Shown here: in pieces, positions 22,201 to 26,087 of the stretch | Position numbering within the stretch: the first letter of the stretch is position 1 | Layout of the letters: each line of letters opens with the position of its first letter | From: an uncultured archaeon | Lineage (GTDB): Archaea; Thermoplasmatota; Penumbrarchaeia; JASLWR01 | Length of the DNA stretch: 64,000 nt | Assembly (NCBI GenBank): GCA_964342815.1 | Contig: CAYFHS010000003.1 | Location: forward strand, 32,001 to 96,000 | Direction of reading: 5' to 3' | Notes under the pieces: generated by a model | What the model saw: only the letters and a program-made list of their open reading frames with translations | Database searches by the model: none | What the model was told of the DNA's origin: nothing | Position numbers and translations under genes: made by a program

Positions 22201-23123
22201 TATCCTTCAGTCCGGATCAGCTCGTCAATGCGTGAAGCGGCCTTTCGTTCCTTATCCACTCCAACCCCCATCTCCCGGGCCTTTTCAGTAAGGGTGATGA
22301 ATTCCTGAAGTTCCGAATTTAAAAGCTCCGCGTTCTTTCGATCCCGGGCCTCTTTGAGAATCGTTTCCAAGCTTCCCGCCTTTTCCAGAAACTCCTTGAA
22401 TTCTTCACTTTCATAGTGCACCCCAAGGGCGGTGAAGCGGGTCTCGATATCATCTGTTACGAGACCAAGAACCCTTGTCTCCTCCAGGGATTTCTCTATA
22501 CTGGAGAGCTTTAAAGCGGCCTTGTTCTTTAAAAATTCTTTCTGTTTGCTGCGGACAATTTTCAATGTGGAATGACTTAATTCCAGTGCTTCTTCATATT
22601 CCTGCTTCTCAAGCTGTTTGCGTGTTTTTTCGATAATGGAGACTGTGACCGAAACGTCCATCCCCATCTCGCGATTCTCATCCACCAGTTTCTCAGTCTC
22701 ATCCAGTAGGTCACCCACCTCTGAAGAGTATCGTTCGTGTCTGATTTCATGGATCCGATCCATCACTTCGAAGGACTCGTCCAGTGAAGATTCATATTTT
22801 TTCTCACCCAACAATGACTTTGCTTCAGCAATATGTTCTTCAATGATGGCAATGTCCTCAATGATCTTTCTGTTATCCTTCAAGTATTCCTTGGCTTCAT
22901 CGAGTTTGTTTTCAGCTTTCACCATAAGCCTGGCATCTAGGTTATCCAGGGCATCGGCCCATTTTCCAAATTTTGTATTGCCCGAAGCCAAGATCTCTTG
23001 TATCTTGGTCGCGATCTGATCTCGGGTCAGCCATTGGTCATCGATCTGAATGGTCTCTTTACGCCTCTTTGGTGGAGAGCGCGATCTATTTTTTTTCTCG
23101 TTTCCATCGGTCATGGTCAACAC
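1290..23123 (-). CDS. giant (7277 aa) acidic alpha-helical repeat protein with C-terminal zinc ribbon; predicted cytoplasmic
   Basis: 21.8-kb uninterrupted ORF. E/K/L/A-rich amphipathic helical repeats with recurring ELG-x-D turns. No signal peptide or TM segment. Ends in a PEPA-rich linker and CPKC-x16-CPYC. Start is GTG 23123 or ATG 23114. Confidence 0.95.
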   Translation of the reverse strand: MLTMTDGNEKKNRSRSPPKRRKETIQIDDQWLTRDQIATKIQEILASGNTKFGKWADALDNLDARLMVKAENKLDEAKEYLKDNRKIIEDIAIIEEHIAEAKSLLGEKKYESSLDESFEVMDRIHEIRHERYSSEVGDLLDETEKLVDENREMGMDVSVTVSIIEKTRKQLEKQEYEEALELSHSTLKIVRSKQKEFLKNKAALKLSSIEKSLEETRVLGLVTDDIETRFTALGVHYESEEFKEFLEKAGSLETILKEARDRKNAELLNSELQEFITLTEKAREMGVGVDKERKAASRIDELIRTEGYIAAINTIKKHKKSLNEGMRIRRRRNCTQRLRRASRELTLFQKEARMAFPDMQEFRDLAFDALEKEDYDEVESNLDRFNEAWDQQKLELRIAKYDRDLEQRESEIDAITQMNIDLTDVGEVISEARKSISAKDFERVDASIAELDAVISEAKGDRAGKLATDQMETSGNLLERMKEKGIDVEELEVTMEKAREAFATSDNLEAYRLAQEVERGLVDLRTGARKKIVSKLLDDVKVLQSKATELWLDTGDFPEKADKAKSLFADGDYVGAKELSLEARTGLARMLNEKQMEIYQFRYDELAALSEKAREMKMDISDEMKGMYEIEKLRDAKEYDEAIEIMKELKRTLEKKLEDHEVSANEKLLEKAEDELLALEKATGRQFEDLGGLLDMVSSALDDGDYDKMGSILNDFYRIKGGYDADYKRENYTAKVQKLKNGVESLNSLGIDLNDAVPLIEKAETLLSEELFDDLEETLSELEPLYGDIITKRVKKRTGLIVKEINMLFKRLIERGTELDTDKELFNEIVHAIKGDDYLKACKLAIKSRKLLLKKDKRYTAKEVGTRLKEAKDLFQIIKDHPHIAPERVNELKSIMETVETSLESNELDEAQRSLSELTDAEEEMVGEKKKAGEIVVLMEKVNDLTQSASELSIDIEAENDILDDIDELLNNYELDETIPLLKEVYESMLSKLDLRQRDECRALLHDATERFEEYRDILEDHSLIASQLDRAQQDLDAEEYEKSLELSQSILKEIEGTRLEQWEQEIRELLRSSDKLIQETQELDGDTARVEAIYYKATYYLEKRDYENGKKYATMALDGAMKSRMALDKSAAAVLVDEIRAIKGEAESNDLPTDVLESLISEAEGFAEEARQEEISVILARAKDEFRKAEVFVLLKGTTGLMEKAVGLWLEVDEHKLIMEQAEEAYKNGEFDRASTIAGKTKEALTILIDSTFKEKMELQGKKVITLLKGAEKLGVDTRNDSRILSGLRKMKEEGRYEEATKVLLEAISSIEKKNDQRALDNAREGLENLEKTAGLESDDLNTLMEKADKALAKGNRKGFTKILEDFHTSKERFVRSLSQKKYSSEINEFESQLDEFEGVGLDVSVPRKILEEVDEALTEKRLDDAKEGLARLSDIMKDIRRVKIRDLAWENFGQAEEIVEETLVLNIDVTDSRQLLRQARRAMRQGDFIKGTSISSEVRDLCEKLRLERQSEEHSLTIKKAREFIESLRQLDDFPDLYAKDMGRVLEDAEEALEARKTDEFLKLIDEFKELENNTKLDIEKTKDARSKMTELEKLLEEARGLDIDVEDDEKDMNEAGELLGEGKYQELFALLEDTRSYLLEKIEELNEKKAVTSFEKAGETFEIYRETLRDKDMVETRISEIQELIDGRKFDEAQSLSEDLMSSMELSREKSHREELEAALDRLWEYISENEKLDIDTSKAEGLFYKSKYFTEKGELENANNSMNAAKEKAEEGRKAYEKENATRTMDEVENLMEVEAGLAIDFSELEEEINEANEFFDQGKYLKSWKMAEKIMVDLTDKITNRYLELISQGKDALSSLINKGKGLGADMTEGIARLSAVDELRDEREYRKALEQIVDIRVLAEQQIAARLAEINSDKLDDAAAELDELKEETGNDYGDLRGMLDEARKALEGIEYDELDAILAEFADARTEHNAVYLVGKYTAKIDELDAVAEDLSKLGVDMKTAGISSEVRESIEDRDFNAVTEGLTELEHEITEARDVKAKMRAKEVIGVTNKLFTEMKKLAVDVKRENKIFKEVLVAVRNRDYVTGIRLTLEARAGLLNAKRDHYREKSSQIIGNVEASMDEGRELEIDVTRVEELHEEAMKCYEEEDYEEAFKLIEEARSSYAKDRCEYFREKASKSMELMKSMLTQAGELWIDVDEFQDILSEMKRDYDEESYEDMLEKSEGANSDLAASIEEKLLENIGKKAEVLAKIMDEALGLDVDVVPERQGLQNVEELKQQKKYNDIIDLLDHSMKSIEEKIAAKMKEINSEKVGKVREELEALEEETDMNYDDLWEFLESAENAFNEVDYSSQDSIIQEFRKAKADHYQQYLADRYDKKAKELLRESEELKELGLTLTPAIELLETVKENVDNFDFTETEATLEKIEEQIENAKTEQAKELAKNHFIKTKKLLTELKGKELKLEEENKAFQRAIAAIKSKDFVTACRLTRQAVEMAENAREQYYKERAEEELEWSKDMVIEGVDLDLEFIHECLERAEDEYDEADYEKSIQSVDAARSDFKERRTAYWKKRAEDALEKVRDKTKEGYELELDMQDVETLIADAESYFQEGDHERVMELTREAEEKYSAQRRDHFMEKGQRSLAQLDEVLVEGNELGLDTGKIQETRGLTASLFDEGHYERAIDMAEQGRKDYHLLRQAHFKENTDAVLKKLKTMIGEASEFEVDISAVKDDLRNIRSLYDQKEFQEAQELSENSMRELRREIDGEQITRLNDEITGLEEEMDSARGIETDIREEEDGLTSVENMRAEGSYRDCIIRVGQLRSATKQKYELKIAEVNAGKLEETMESLENFSEETGGEYPDLDELAASAGKALEEKDYTVFEELLERFRTTKEDENRKYLFTKYKGEIEELEGEVPPLAELGLDLSSVEELVGTTREHMESYEFEMVIDDIASIREGLLEVRNVGAKNLAKKHFLSTKSVLGELKELDLVVEEFDILFKKAIASIKGRDFVSACQLFLEAGESMAEARKEYYRGSTEETVNNIKKFMGEAAELELNVTAFTELDERVRESYEDGEFEEAHGLALECSLGLQAAINTELLVIIEGKADKFESIAAEALKIDANIEAEKVSLAEADRLREKERYREIISLLENAISSAIVKIEERTFEMNEERFEGAKEALEELEFETGVNYPDLHSQLDEAKEMLVEKNYTDLVPSLMEFDKAREMLYISHLMKVHNERIGGIEEELGAIRDVGIELADTDELSGTARVAINEERFEDAKAVMDELDGIIDEAKSVKAKQIAKSNFTETNKLLTKLKRLGIDLTSEEAVFREILGAIKTRDFLKSIQLTRSVREKLDGVKKDHSRNKAVAAIQSLEGMLGDAGKRITDVISIEKIHSKAMEHFEEEDFDNALLMVGQAKQEYDEKRKEFQQEMLTGSMDRLQNLISEAGELDMDVSVPERNLAQLKSSFDSEKFDEAEELAGDTISTLESTMEKRYLTVIEERTGELARVMEEGVGLGVDMKAERERLSATMDLRTEKRYPEILIVLKECYDSVANSVGDRRRELNTEKLREIMDSLESFKEETGGAYQDLDSLLDSAGAALNREDYEAMEGFIDEFLEAKEGHNNRHMAEGYAARLEEMEKEVGELENIGLSLENVHDLLRIAKENAETFVFKGIETKLSDIETVIDRASSVEAKKLAKKHFIRAKELIAELKETGVDLEEENRLFREAITDIKAGEFVKGAGLTQRSEKLLVEKRKNYYVEATESELEKVDYFIIEAREVDLSLDEILESSKEAREFLEEKLYPQAFTLSRATAAALREMLNVRLKEILDDERAQMESGLEAARKLDLVLDNVTDALAMAGECQQAGDLRKAIDLLRNERPALDEAMRGRTRELTEQAVITAKENLGAFMEITEKDYPDLEGFIENATMSLEDNDYEGAKEHLGMFDEALAGYEGDRRADNYRVDLRSREPEIAAITEIGIELTDIFDLVSQASQLISSHDFEVLEETLVLIDQGIEHARKVTAKDAARDRIATAKGLFDKLTELDLELDEEKKHFGEVLSKIKEGDFVKACKMADGATEMLRKKETEYQRSRAEEALAAAENSLEEIRKLDVETAAVEKSLGEARVFYEWKDYPKSEETARTTVERAEYLKEEYRKKSVFVMIEGVEEALKEGAELGIDTASMAVEIADAYGLVNEGNLEEAERMARETNDLFLSTKKTRIEEITTTSFETARKLMEKSVELGLDTVSIETMLEYANIHFEDGEYESAQELIDQARETLVEMIGGKELEGADSEIAAIESLMREAGKYSVDVGEHEGRFARMNQLRNDGAYNEIITLGREIRESITEKIDLSRSEINSRRLSDAMAKLDEHTSETSEEHPGMEAALNAAREAIEVGDHVAVDSKIDEFEELLKESKRKAALSAYYQRLDMLTGEVTALGDAGIDVTATEELLANVGSELNFQRFEAAETILGKLESIVHEGRTVTARKLAKKHAGEAMKLFSYLGDHGVDLQEEKALFREVRTHVVEERFTDACRILINIKSKLNAAETKYHTEQSSRAIKDLHASMSEAIELEIDVSDLQPSESEARAAYDEGLFDAALENSMLIIDELGVRIGKKRWETVVSELTLLEPVLEEVRAMSIDIDEESSRISEIEALKDGWKFQEALGIIGEVKRSLLEKTEDMNRTDNLEKIDVSARSLADLEEMTGKVYEELHGHLETASKALLESDHTAVNSILESFHADLESSKREYMSDSYSSRLIVLEEDMTRLASVGIELTEAAEFIAGIRNDISSENLGRTGEGLAVVEKLLDEARGEGAKEMARTLFAETKKLMTDMKESGVEAGDVEGTFRQAVISIKNSDFLTGCELLLESRKVVSAALDAYYEERAHSTLAELDKLIHEAEEMGGIDLDDVLSMMETGRNLLVEENYGESHDIVGRAVALVRERIRLRWEDILAEKTDEVNQIVQRSMEFGMEVRDELERLGPVSVLREEGRYGEAVELVGAVGISLSNKHKEGMGLKNAQKLSEAELAFKQFQEMTGDESEALGAHLIKAREAITAEDHAALEEHLDSFSHMREDQSNILLARKYQDELDGFQEIFESYREVGLDISPGIGMISEARSSISENRFGIMEDIISRLGDFKESAANVQAKEIAKVHLGEAKTLLVEVKGLGVEMESNGEIFSEVLGAVKARDFVSACHAAVQVKKRLSDSRKKHLESNADLLLEDTANRLAEAKELGLDVAAVEDIVGNAHAELSEGKLEEASNLAKEAKVNLDAVFDEHFREKYLATAELAERMLFDLKSLGVPTAVVEEKFANATSLFNDSMIREAYVLIEEVAGEISRSRGDSLRERAAKAIETAKIVHTRCGELGLELSSAEEILINAQTSFEEGSFEEAFNDAEEAAKLLSEAEEKYLKRDTSALISAVWNMMGESSEMGLDLGPIEEKIAMAQESLKEGELEVSYALAIASRSELTEKINTKLQVSYEAEYEEFSGILAQFQETGADTDNERNQLAGIEELKKAGNYTEAVSTLIKLKMSVLEEIENMQEEATTRKISEKISTLEELEKTLGQDLSDLKGMLLSSQEAVGNKNLDAADALLRQFDVVIEQYLGEMKVKDFQDRIEELSDSVIQLGELGLDASKGLELLSIIMEGVQENDIASIEENIPHLEDYVKHAKTVDARELAKRHIVEIKKLFGEMKADGIDTSREDEMLKDVVGAIKDQDFIAAIQLTKKAHESLIAQRDRHFTEDVSELLAETRTLLGEGGELGLDTAVMESKLAEGQHHFENGDFQLAAEHASQAKEMFQTAKQHHYRDFTTAALGVVQELMIDEMELEVDMVAVEDMVANAKRNLEKGNFERSAKYAGEAKSALLTAQNEYSRNNASAEIENVRAMVEEAEKLDLEVSFARQALGEMEEHFGQGRFREAREVAKETQGTVRQSLNARLKSDIRAEMVKLSPLMDTARELNLDIREDTSVLARVERLKDLGKYYEAMSTVKGIETSLANKIHLYRRRAGGDRLVRAMDKVTVLEKEILEMPGLDMDITELKDLLSSATAASDSSDFESAESFLEEFFTAEEKYSNVLIDAYPKEVERLAKELMAFNEIGIVLAVAEELVNSIKENIGEGQLEPARELRNQVLEIINDAGKAPAKDIAKQHITSLKISFKYLKEREVDLTEEETLFRKVLVALKEENYVKGIQLMLRVEERLGQKRQEFFKTGIGSVLADVDRIVRQASQKKLDIRDSRKLAFEARALLKRKKFEKSMELAEKARSLLTEVWQNSLEENARIALEEIRAAMEEKSGGPLELGGVAELVEKAVEENGKGEFISCIEHVEEARSMILALEQEDLMELATERLTRAMDFIAEAEEAGMDTEELEGDMIKAQAHFDEGKYNETVVTVNRMEEMVRTVKLSRAETRVGSQLKEFDSFIGVLDTKPYLSEEYKADIRGKVAEVHELFDSGEFLVAEDKLGDLREILEGLMAKIKLEDEFRSLVKEAGDLIARGKENGIEVSEEEKGYEEAVTRKEEGDLEGAITTLLEVHESLIGTVGELLMEKAQGLLSETEQVVKENREIIEDMSAFEELMGRAKDNLAAGNPEGCMVLLGEIQTLLDENRENRAIGEVEANITRAKEELESTKEMGFDIFEIEAYIFKAISAFQDGNYVIADDLAKRAIGSAREKREGVDEGKIRIMLRNTEMLMVDCGELGIDIGVMEDGISRAERYLESRRLADAMELTEKLNAQVKEQIEVKLIEVIPQHIREMSGLIEAAEEEGADMEDESMSLISIETLNQEGRYLGAMKLIEPLRAAIEEKIGIQKKEKATSKLELAFADFNEYKMTAIGDYDELESLLDEALNASTEGDAEEMERKIEAYYDMKGEYEKQWAIEKHTIGINDMETQLSSITKLDIDVSTGTELVTAAKEQLEDESMDELEATMKELEAFVSSLFEDKIKPEAKENIKEIDRIMDRLREKGVEVNEEEELFSEILNAMDDEDYVSAHDKSSRLRVSVRAIWGHRRKDVLRDLLDELEDFLDELESNDLFSDQYKEMIVNAVDEIRDHFHAEEFDLMEEKHELFKGTIDDLKAKMKIRDEVDELQQEAIKYGETAEGIAADVAAELEELQKVGGMVENEEFEDAKALLEGLMKKMKKKINVRRMSIAKMVLEDAVFTFNDRKDKIDPGIVKTAQGLLSDATKLYKKGQFEKAIKMATELKEGLEDAEEIAPEAPEEPAPEPAAEEAPKPKKVKLTCPKCSKSYVAKIAKTPAVAVCPYCKSKAVIKSL
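2265..20732 (-). repeat. 14 copies of a marker module (consensus roughly AKxHF-x-KxLxxELKxxGxDLxEExxxFxxxxxAIKxxDFxxACxL) defining higher-order repeats in the giant ORF
   Basis: Aligned Ala/Thr codons located at 20730, 18774, 16977, 15786, 14205, 13212, 12021, 11028, 9639, 8646, 7650, 6063, 4659 and 2265. The copies are diverged at the DNA level. Confidence 0.9.
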
Positions 23124-23341
23124 TTCGGTCTGTTGGGTGACTTTGAGAGTTATGGGTGGGATTATTATGATGGGTCAGTCACTATTGAATTATTGGCGAG
23201 AAGCTGGAATCCTCATAGTAGTTATAATCTCCTAGAGATTAGCCTACTATCGGGTAATTCTGCTCTATTACCAATATAATATAATAATATGCGGTAGATT
23301 ATTCCAAGATAGATAACAATTTATAACAAAAATCTCTCGAA

Positions 23342-23362
23342 TATATTTTAAATTAAAATATA
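23342..23362. promoter_or_regulatory. perfect 9-bp inverted repeat TATATTTTA-AAT-TAAAATATA in the divergent intergenic region; possible operator
   Basis: Seen directly. The region is AT-rich, so chance occurrence is possible. Confidence 0.3.
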
Positions 23363-23464
23363 ATTGACTGGATTATACCGGCGGAAACACAGCATAAATT
23401 ATAAATATGCCAGATTTGTTAATTTGGATCAATTTTTTCCATGGCAAAAGCGACTTTCAGAACC

Positions 23465-23472
23465 TTAATATA
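23465..23472 (+). promoter_or_regulatory. candidate archaeal TATA box for endA
   Basis: TTAATATA about 31 nt upstream of the endA ATG. Confidence 0.4.
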
Positions 23473-23503
23473 AAGAATTCCACAAAGATCAATCGGTGAA
23501 ATC

Positions 23504-24598
23504 ATGGGCATCCCCGTGGCAAGGATATTCGACAAGTATAGGGCCGTAGTTGATGATAAAGAAGACGGCAACCGGCTTTACGGCAAACATTGTTTTGGTC
23601 AACCCCAGTCCGGCGGAGGCACTATCCTCACACTCATCGAGGCTGCGTACTTGGTGGAACGAAATAAACTTTCAGTTATCATTCACGGCCATCCGGTGGA
23701 TTTTTCTCAATTTATCGATTACATAGTGAGCAGGACCGATACTGATTTCCACCATTATGTAGCCTACCGTGACCTTAAAAATCGGGGATTTATAGTGAAA
23801 TTCACCTCCCCCTTCGATTTTTCCCTATACCCCGGCGGCAGTTCCATTCGGAGAAATCCTTCGAAGAAATACGTTGATGTCTTTTCTGAGCGGCACCGTT
23901 TCATACCGAAAAACATGTATGAAAAAGCAAAGAAAAGCCGTGAATTGAGAAAGATCTATCTCGTACAGGTAGTGGATGAGGAAGGAGATATTACATACTA
24001 TGAAATATCCATAACCGATCCCAGGGGCAATATTCCACACATCTCACCCGGAAATAAAGTAAAAGGAATACTGCTGGGAGGTAGTCTGGTGGTTTTCGAT
24101 AAGGAAAAGCTAAGATCCCTTTTCGAGAGGGAGTTCTTCGGCCAGGTCCGGGAATCATCCCACCAGTTATCACTTGTTGAGGCCGCATTTCTCCTGAAGA
24201 ATAACATTCTCGACATATCAATCAACGATCCCGAGGACTGCAGACGAGAGTTAGAAGGATCAATAAGCTTCGAAGAGTATATGGATTACGGGCAGAAATA
24301 TGAAAGCGATCTCCCGGAAAGATACAGGTTATATGAAGAGCTGAAAGGCCGTGATTTCATCGTGAAGACAGGTTTCAAATATGGGGCCAATTTCAGAGGA
24401 TACGGGGATGACCCGGAAGAGAATCATGCTGAATACCTTTTTCATTTTCTTCCGTCAAAAACAGGGAAGAACTGGCCGGATATCTCGAGAAGCGTAAGAG
24501 TGGCTCACGGTGTCCGAAAGAAAATGATATTCGTCTTCTCGGGGAATAATGAAACGATGAAGTACCTGATGGTTAAAAGGGTGAAACCGAGTTGCTGA
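23504..24598 (+). CDS. endA: tRNA-intron (splicing) endonuclease, two-unit homodimeric alpha2 type
   Basis: Two tandem units (YRDLKNRGFIVK and YEELKGRDFIVKTGFKYGANFRGY). Catalytic Tyr (KYG), His (HAEY) and Lys (RKK) are present. C-terminus KRVKP. Confidence 0.93.
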   Translation: MGIPVARIFDKYRAVVDDKEDGNRLYGKHCFGQPQSGGGTILTLIEAAYLVERNKLSVIIHGHPVDFSQFIDYIVSRTDTDFHHYVAYRDLKNRGFIVKFTSPFDFSLYPGGSSIRRNPSKKYVDVFSERHRFIPKNMYEKAKKSRELRKIYLVQVVDEEGDITYYEISITDPRGNIPHISPGNKVKGILLGGSLVVFDKEKLRSLFEREFFGQVRESSHQLSLVEAAFLLKNNILDISINDPEDCRRELEGSISFEEYMDYGQKYESDLPERYRLYEELKGRDFIVKTGFKYGANFRGYGDDPEENHAEYLFHFLPSKTGKNWPDISRSVRVAHGVRKKMIFVFSGNNETMKYLMVKRVKPSC

Positions 24599-24725
24599 GG
24601 ATAACAGGGTCTCAGATTCTACTTAAATAATTACTTTGCCAGACCGATATATATAAATAATGATATGTGGTGTTAGTGCTTTTGATTTTGGAGATTATCA
24701 ATTACTGGACTTTCCGAGGGTGTTC

Positions 24726-26087
24726 ATGAATATAATCATATCCGGCGCCGGCGAGGTGGGCTACAGCATAGCGGAAACACTTTCCAGAGTGGGGCATGAA
24801 ATAACTGTGATCGAGCCGGACTGTACCGTGGTGGACAACTGCGGTGGACTTGATTCCAGACTTATCTGCGGTAACGGGGCCAAAGCCGAGATAATCGAGA
24901 GCGCTGGTGCCAGGGAGGCCGATTTCTATTTCGGTCTCAGCGCCGATGATGAGGCTAACATGCTGGGTTGCGTAATAGCAAAGTCCATGGGATGCACCAC
25001 GCTCGCAAGAATCAACAGTTTGAAATATATCTCAGATCCCGTCTCGAAAAAGTTTGCTCCCATAGGAATCGACATTGCCATCTCGCCAAAACTGGTCGTG
25101 GCCGATAAGATAGCTAAGATCATCGTGATTCCGGCCCTTGTCAACCGAACATCAATGGCAAAGGGCAAGATGATGCTGGTGGAGGCGAAGGTTCATCCGG
25201 GCTCCCCAATCTGCCATAATGCCATACTGAACACAAAACTTCCAAAGGGTTTGATGATAGGGGCAATATTCCGCGGAGCCCATGTAATAATTCCTGACGG
25301 CAAGACGATAATCAGAAAGGACGACCACCTGGTGATGGTCATAGACTCGCCGGACAAGATGAAAAATATCGAGCGGTTGATGGGGGAAGTTCATGGAAAG
25401 AAGAGAAAACGCATTGAAAGGGTTATGATCGTGGGTGCCAATGACATGGCGATCCACCTCGCCAAACTATTGGAGGAGAAGGACGTTCGGGTAACCCTTA
25501 TTGAGAAACGAAAGGACAAGTGTCTTAAGGCAGCCCAGAAATTGAGAAAAACGGTTGTCATAGAGGGAGAGCCTACCGACAAGAAACTGCTTCTCGAGGA
25601 GGGAATGGAGCAGATGGATGCTGTGGTTGCCATGACCCGCAGCGAGGAGTTCAACATACTCATCGCACTCCTTGCGAAGATTTACGAGATCCCCAAGGTT
25701 ATGTCGCTTCTGTACAGGACCTCGCTTAAACCAATGATGGAAACCGTGGGAATCGATTTTGCGGCGTCCGTCAAACATTTAACCATCGAGGCTGTGTTAA
25801 AAGAGATAGAGCAGCTGGATATACTGCGAACAGTTACTCTTCATGGGGGGGAGCTCATGGTTTTCGAGACAAAGGTGGCCAAACGTTCCCGGGCGGCGGG
25901 TAAAAAGATCAAGGACATCCGTCTTCCCCGCGGCGTGCTCATCGTCGGTATATTCCGCAAGGGTAAAACCCTGATTCCAGGAGGCGACGATCAGGTTTTG
26001 AAGGGAGATCGGGTAATAATATTCTGCTTCCAGGAAATGATGGAACAGATCAACCGGTTGTTCAGGGGAAAGGGATTGATCCTATGA
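24726..26087 (+). CDS. trkA: Trk potassium uptake system, RCK regulatory subunit TrkA
   Basis: MNIIISGAGEVG Rossmann start and two RCK_N/RCK_C pairs. Overlaps trkH by ATGA. ATG 24726 is preferred over the track start at 24660. Confidence 0.93.
   Translation: MNIIISGAGEVGYSIAETLSRVGHEITVIEPDCTVVDNCGGLDSRLICGNGAKAEIIESAGAREADFYFGLSADDEANMLGCVIAKSMGCTTLARINSLKYISDPVSKKFAPIGIDIAISPKLVVADKIAKIIVIPALVNRTSMAKGKMMLVEAKVHPGSPICHNAILNTKLPKGLMIGAIFRGAHVIIPDGKTIIRKDDHLVMVIDSPDKMKNIERLMGEVHGKKRKRIERVMIVGANDMAIHLAKLLEEKDVRVTLIEKRKDKCLKAAQKLRKTVVIEGEPTDKKLLLEEGMEQMDAVVAMTRSEEFNILIALLAKIYEIPKVMSLLYRTSLKPMMETVGIDFAASVKHLTIEAVLKEIEQLDILRTVTLHGGELMVFETKVAKRSRAAGKKIKDIRLPRGVLIVGIFRKGKTLIPGGDDQVLKGDRVIIFCFQEMMEQINRLFRGKGLIL

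Noticed and set aside
1290-23123. Giant ORF as SMC/Rad50, phage tape-measure protein or secreted adhesin
   Set aside because: No Walker A/B or hinge, no phage structural genes nearby, and no signal peptide, TM segment or beta-rich repeats.
1290-23123. Possible GC gradient along the giant gene (3' end looked more GC-rich)
   Set aside because: A few hand-counted 60-nt lines ranged widely and not monotonically. A sliding-window GC3 calculation would be needed.
1251-23279. Dozens of + strand ORFs (60-310 aa) overlapping the giant gene
   Set aside because: Antisense shadows. They are Ser/Phe/Leu-rich translations expected from the reverse complement of Glu/Lys-rich codons, with no motifs.
24660-24725. 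N-terminal extensions given by the ORF track (trkA 24660, surface protein 27603, coaD 37574, valS 46080, EndoIII-like 50549)
   Set aside because: The extensions run through AT-rich promoter-like DNA or other genes. Family-typical N-termini begin at the downstream ATGs used here.
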